DNA of 37,399 nt, from the NCBI GenBank assembly GCA_013115125.1, contig JABANN010000340.1, positions 1-37,399 of the forward strand, written 5' to 3'. Positions within the stretch are counted from its first letter, which is position 1, and every line of letters begins with the position of its first letter. The stretch is from Perkinsus olseni. Its lineage: Eukaryota. Both the position numbers and the translations under genes were made by a program. A model generated the notes under the pieces. That model saw only the letters and a program-made list of their open reading frames with translations. It ran no database searches and was not told the DNA's origin. Shown piece by piece: positions 33,249 to 37,399 of the stretch.

Positions 33249-36200
33249 TTAACGGGCGTGATGCACGCCGCTTGATTCCTGAATAACATCAATCCATTGC
33301 TCTGGATGTTCTCTCTGTCCCTCGAAATGCTCCTCGATTTTCCTGGCGATGGACAAGCATTTGCCGTCCTCAAATGGACGACAGATCATCTGTACACAAT
33401 CTGTGAAGGTTTGAAGACGCCGAGTCAATCTCAGCCCCACCTGTATGCCGATGGGTAGGTCATCCTTGTTGTTCTTGATGGTCACCGTCACCGATGGAAA
33501 TCCCGCAAGATTCGCCGGCCATATGTACCTCGTCATGATCGAAACCAAGGTAACGTTGAATAGACCTGAAGATCCAGCACAGGGTTCTCAATCCCAGTGG
33601 CTAATTCTCTTTGCCCTACCATATTTATTTACCCCCTTCTGTATGATCTGTGGCGGAATCGCCATGGACGGTGTCATCACCGCGTCCATTTTCTCGAACT
33701 GTTCCAGCCTGAATGCTCGGAAATAATCCCCATGGCTACGAATCATCCTCACCATCGCTCCGAGGCCCACTTCTTCACCTTCTCCGCCGCTTCGATGATT
33801 CCTTCATCAACTTCGCTCCCGAGATCAAGGGAGATCTGCCCGGGCAAGCAACCTCGCGGTACCACTGGAAGGGCCAGTCCATACTCACCTTGGTGTTCGG
33901 CTCTAGAATATCAATAACATCGTTCTTGTGAGTTTGATGGAATTCAGAACCGATGGTCAAGGCTGAGGAAGGTACGGATGATGATGATGATGCTCGAGCC
34001 CATGTTCTGGCGGCTACTGTGAGATATGGCCTGCTCGTTCCAATGAGTCATGACAAAGTTATCCTTGATACTCCACCCCGGCTGCTGGTGAATCCAATCA
34101 CGGACGTCGTAGAACATCTGATGAAGGTTGTAATATTCCGTTGGACTTCGACAGTTCAGCTGTGACGATATACTCACCGCCTCGATCTCAGGATCGCTAT
34201 CATGCACCCAGGCAGTATCATAGCCGATGGTGAAGGTTTTCTGGCACGGCGGAGCGAAATTGATCTTCGGCATCGGAACACCGAACATCCCCTGGTAGAC
34301 CTTATCATAGAAGTGCTTACCTATCATCGGCGCGACATCCGGACTGACTGCTCACCCCAACCGAGTTTCTCTGACCCACCTTGGTTTTTAGTATTGGCCA
34401 TGACGCTCAGGACGATGGCTGCATCGTCAGCGTTGGTTGTTATCGGACCACAGTGTAGTGTGGTAAAAATTCCAGTCTCATCATTCTCGAATTTGACCTG
34501 GAGAAGACGGCAGCAGCTTCACCGGTTATATCGAGGAGGAGGAGGAGGAGGAGGTCGAACCGCTCCGAAGTTCGACCAACGCTAAACGAGCGATTCTTTC
34601 GAACAGAGACACAACCTTACTGCGCCGAAGGTTGCGATGGCCCCAACGACGCCAGACCATGCCGATGGGTCTCTAACCGATCCGCCTCCGTCGAATCCAA
34701 TAGCAAATGTGAACTGAAAGAAGACTAGCTCATCCAAGGACGAGTTCACTTCAAGGCGTTGCCTCTTACAAGTCCCAAGGCCACCCCAGTAGCGCTGCCG
34801 CTGGAACTGCCACCGGTATAGCGGGTACGGTCGAAAGCATTCAGAGGTCCGTGGTACCAGACTGATGAGAAAGTCAACCAAATACGTCATGGCAAGGGGT
34901 AGGCGGGAGCTAACGGACCATTGTATCCAACAGGGCTGATACCATATTCATGCATCACGCTTGTACCGAAGAGTATAGCTCCAGCATCGAGGAGGGCTTG
35001 TACGACTGGATCGTTCTTGGTCTATCATGATGACGGTGTTAGTCAGTCTGTGGAAGAAGAAGTGTACTTACGGCGGGTCTGGCCAGGCGAGGGTTCTTCG
35101 AGTTCCTAGGATTGGTTCCCACGAGTTCCATCAAATGCTCAACCTGAGGGAGCACCATCGTGACCATCCATCCGCCCCCTGGCTCCTGGATACACTCATC
35201 TCTTCCTTAATGATGAATAGAAGGCCGTCCAGCTTGGACAAGGGCTTGCCGCATTTGTAGCGCTGTGAGCTGGCTGAGGCAGCCTGCTGAATTGATTGCC
35301 AATCGGCAAACTCTGCCATAAAGTGGAAGCTCTTATTCAGCAACTTCGCCTGATTGTAAACGACCTGCAAGATAAAATAGTGGGAGTTGGCAAGTAATGA
35401 ACCATGCACTCACGCCAGCGACGTCTAATGGGTCGAGCGCGCCTTGCAGGAACGCATGATGGTAGTCCTCGATGGAGTAGTAGGGTCGGGGGCCGGGTCC
35501 AGTGAGGTCTTCTCCCTAATCACAATTCTCTTGACAGCCAGCGTGCCGCAACGGCTGGCCTTTGGTAAGAGGTTCACCTTGCTGGGGTCTTGATCTACGG
35601 CGTCCGATGGGCTGGCCTGTTTGCCTGGGAGGAACACGGAGGACAGCGGAGCCGAAGCGGACTAATTTCCGTTGTAAATTTTGATGAACGGAAGCCACCA
35701 TAACAATCATCAGTCGACTTACTCAATCTGTAAAACGGCCATTTCAACCTTCCTTCAAGAGTATCAGCGAAGGTCTTGAGAGCAGGCACCTGAGAGGTAC
35801 AAACTGATATCAGGAGTTGCACCGAAGATGGTATGCAGCTCGACCGTCGGGAGCGACCAGCACGACCAGAAAACCTCGACTCACTCCTATGTCTTTGAAG
35901 GTCTTCTTCGCTACGAGTGAGCGTATCGTCCTCTTGATAAAATTGGTTCCTGTCATCGCGTAGGCAGCGAGCTGAGGCAGCAGTATCCATCCACACAGCA
36001 CCCGGCCGCCCGATGCATCCTTATCATCTCACCTTCAACGGTATTCCAGTCAGCGGCATCACGTTCATGGCTTTTAGGTCATAGTTGTCAGCAGATTGCC
36101 TTTGTGCGTCTGTCAGCTGGGCAGTAGATTCCTAGAAAAAAAACATCACGCGGCTTTTGCCTCGCTGGAACACACTCGCGACTAAACTTGGTGCTATTTG

Positions 36201-36348
36201 AGAACAATCCGCGGAGAAACGCTCCGCGCGGACTATGAACAAATGACTAGAGCCGCAAGGGTGCCAAGAATTGGCGCCTTCCTACCGTGCTTGGGGCAGC
36301 CATTAAAGGGTTGCTCAGGCAGAACAGCAGAGCGATGGTGATACGCAT
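33249..36348 (-). CDS. Amidase-signature (FAAH-like) amidase 3 with predicted signal peptide, multi-exon
   Basis: MRITIALLFCLSNPLMAAPST|..., LDGLLFIIKEE, GGSSSGSATGVALG, GFDGGGSVRDPSAWSGV, NLAGFPSVTV, LPIGIQ. Core intron positions match amidase 1. Confidence 0.9.
34768..35129. repeat. 362-bp near-perfect direct repeat of 26191-26552
   Basis: Partner of the tract above. The ORF track gives an identical 62-aa antisense ORF at both sites. Confidence 0.92.
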
Positions 36349-37399
36349 GGTAACGGCAGACCTAAGGAGATGTAGCCGATTTGATGGACCGTACGATCCT
36401 GTCGTTTCCGACAGCGAGCCCCCGTCACGCGGGAGCATGCGTGCTCTACGGTGACACGTGAGAGCCTTTGATAACGAGTACCCTCAATCGGTATTCGTCG
36501 TCAGCATCTCCAGTGTTCCTTCGCGTGGTTGACGGAAGCCGAACGGAGTGTACCATTGTGCGTCGCGACTCGCGAATCACAAGGCAAGCTTGAACCTGCA
36601 CATCATGACATTTTCCTTTCTCACTTCGCGCCGTCGCGCCCGCGCGCACGAGTCACCGCGGGAGACCACCAACCTCGTAAATGAGCTCAAAATACGTATC
36701 TTAGCGTCCCCAGAGAACGTGGCTGACTCCGTATCACAACGCAGTCAGCTACGGTGACACCATGGGCCCCTGCACAAGGTAGCTTAGGAGACCAACTCGA
36801 GGTTGGCTTCGCGTATGGTCGCTGCTTGGTGTCAGTCCGAAGGGGACAATAGACTTGTCTCTTTCCTGTTGTGGCCGTCCAGGAGTTGGCCGGACGGATG
36901 AGCGGGGAGGCAGAACGTGGCGTAGTTCGATTGCAGCTAGTAATGGTACACGCGTGCACCCCAACAGCGCTAGTGTACGAAGCTACGCAGATCCCTCGGT
37001 GCAGGCTAGCGGCTGGGAAGCTTTGTGCGACAGGTGGGCACATCAGCGAGCCTCCAGTACACCCGCCGTGAACCAACGCTGGAGCTCGTCTACTCGTCAA
37101 CGCGTAGGTGGTTCTCTCATTATGGTCGATATCTCTATGACATACACGATTGCCGGCCCAGTTACTGGGCCCCAGTAGATCCATCCTTTGGAAGCAACAA
37201 GTAGTGAAACCATATTAACAGTCCGCGGGGCCTGAGATCGTCGTTATTCCTATTTTGCCCTTGTCTCACAGTACTGCCCCAGTTGTGCGCATAACCTCTG
37301 CCGTGAGAGAGTTCACAGGAGGGAGGGACTATACAGGGTGTTCCAATTCGATATGCAAATCACAAAAATCAGTCTAATTCAGCACATACTACGTGTTTG

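Noticed and set aside
36687-37184. 165-aa minus-strand ORF at the right end
   Set aside because: No recognisable motif and no consistent exon chain could be built. It may be part of a gene entering from outside the window, but I cannot support that.

Overview
Compact, intron-rich eukaryotic DNA with mostly 40-100 nt GT-AG introns and very short intergenic spacers. The style suggests an alveolate such as Perkinsus, but that is an inference. From left to right the window holds: the end of a tandem tRNA-Pro(AGG) array (~188 bp unit, minus strand, partly decaying); a probably degenerate gene; a minus-strand block (TPR-like protein, AATF/Bfr2, katanin p60-like 2); a plus-strand block (two tandem cofactor-independent phosphoglycerate mutases, a basic Trp-repeat protein with a PH-like C-terminus, three tandem paralogues of an unrecognised Trp-rich domain family, a PGAP1-like GPI inositol deacylase); and a minus-strand block of three signal-peptide-bearing amidase-signature (FAAH-like) genes plus one small hypothetical gene. 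The most notable observations are an apparently intact amidase whose catalytic nucleophile Ser is replaced by Cys (GTDANGCNR), different N-terminal leaders among the amidase paralogues, the unrecognised three-gene family, intron-spanning near-identity tracts between paralogues, and unidirectional gene blocks with spacers as short as 50-110 bp. All exon structures were assembled by eye, and boundaries of the hypothetical genes are approximate.
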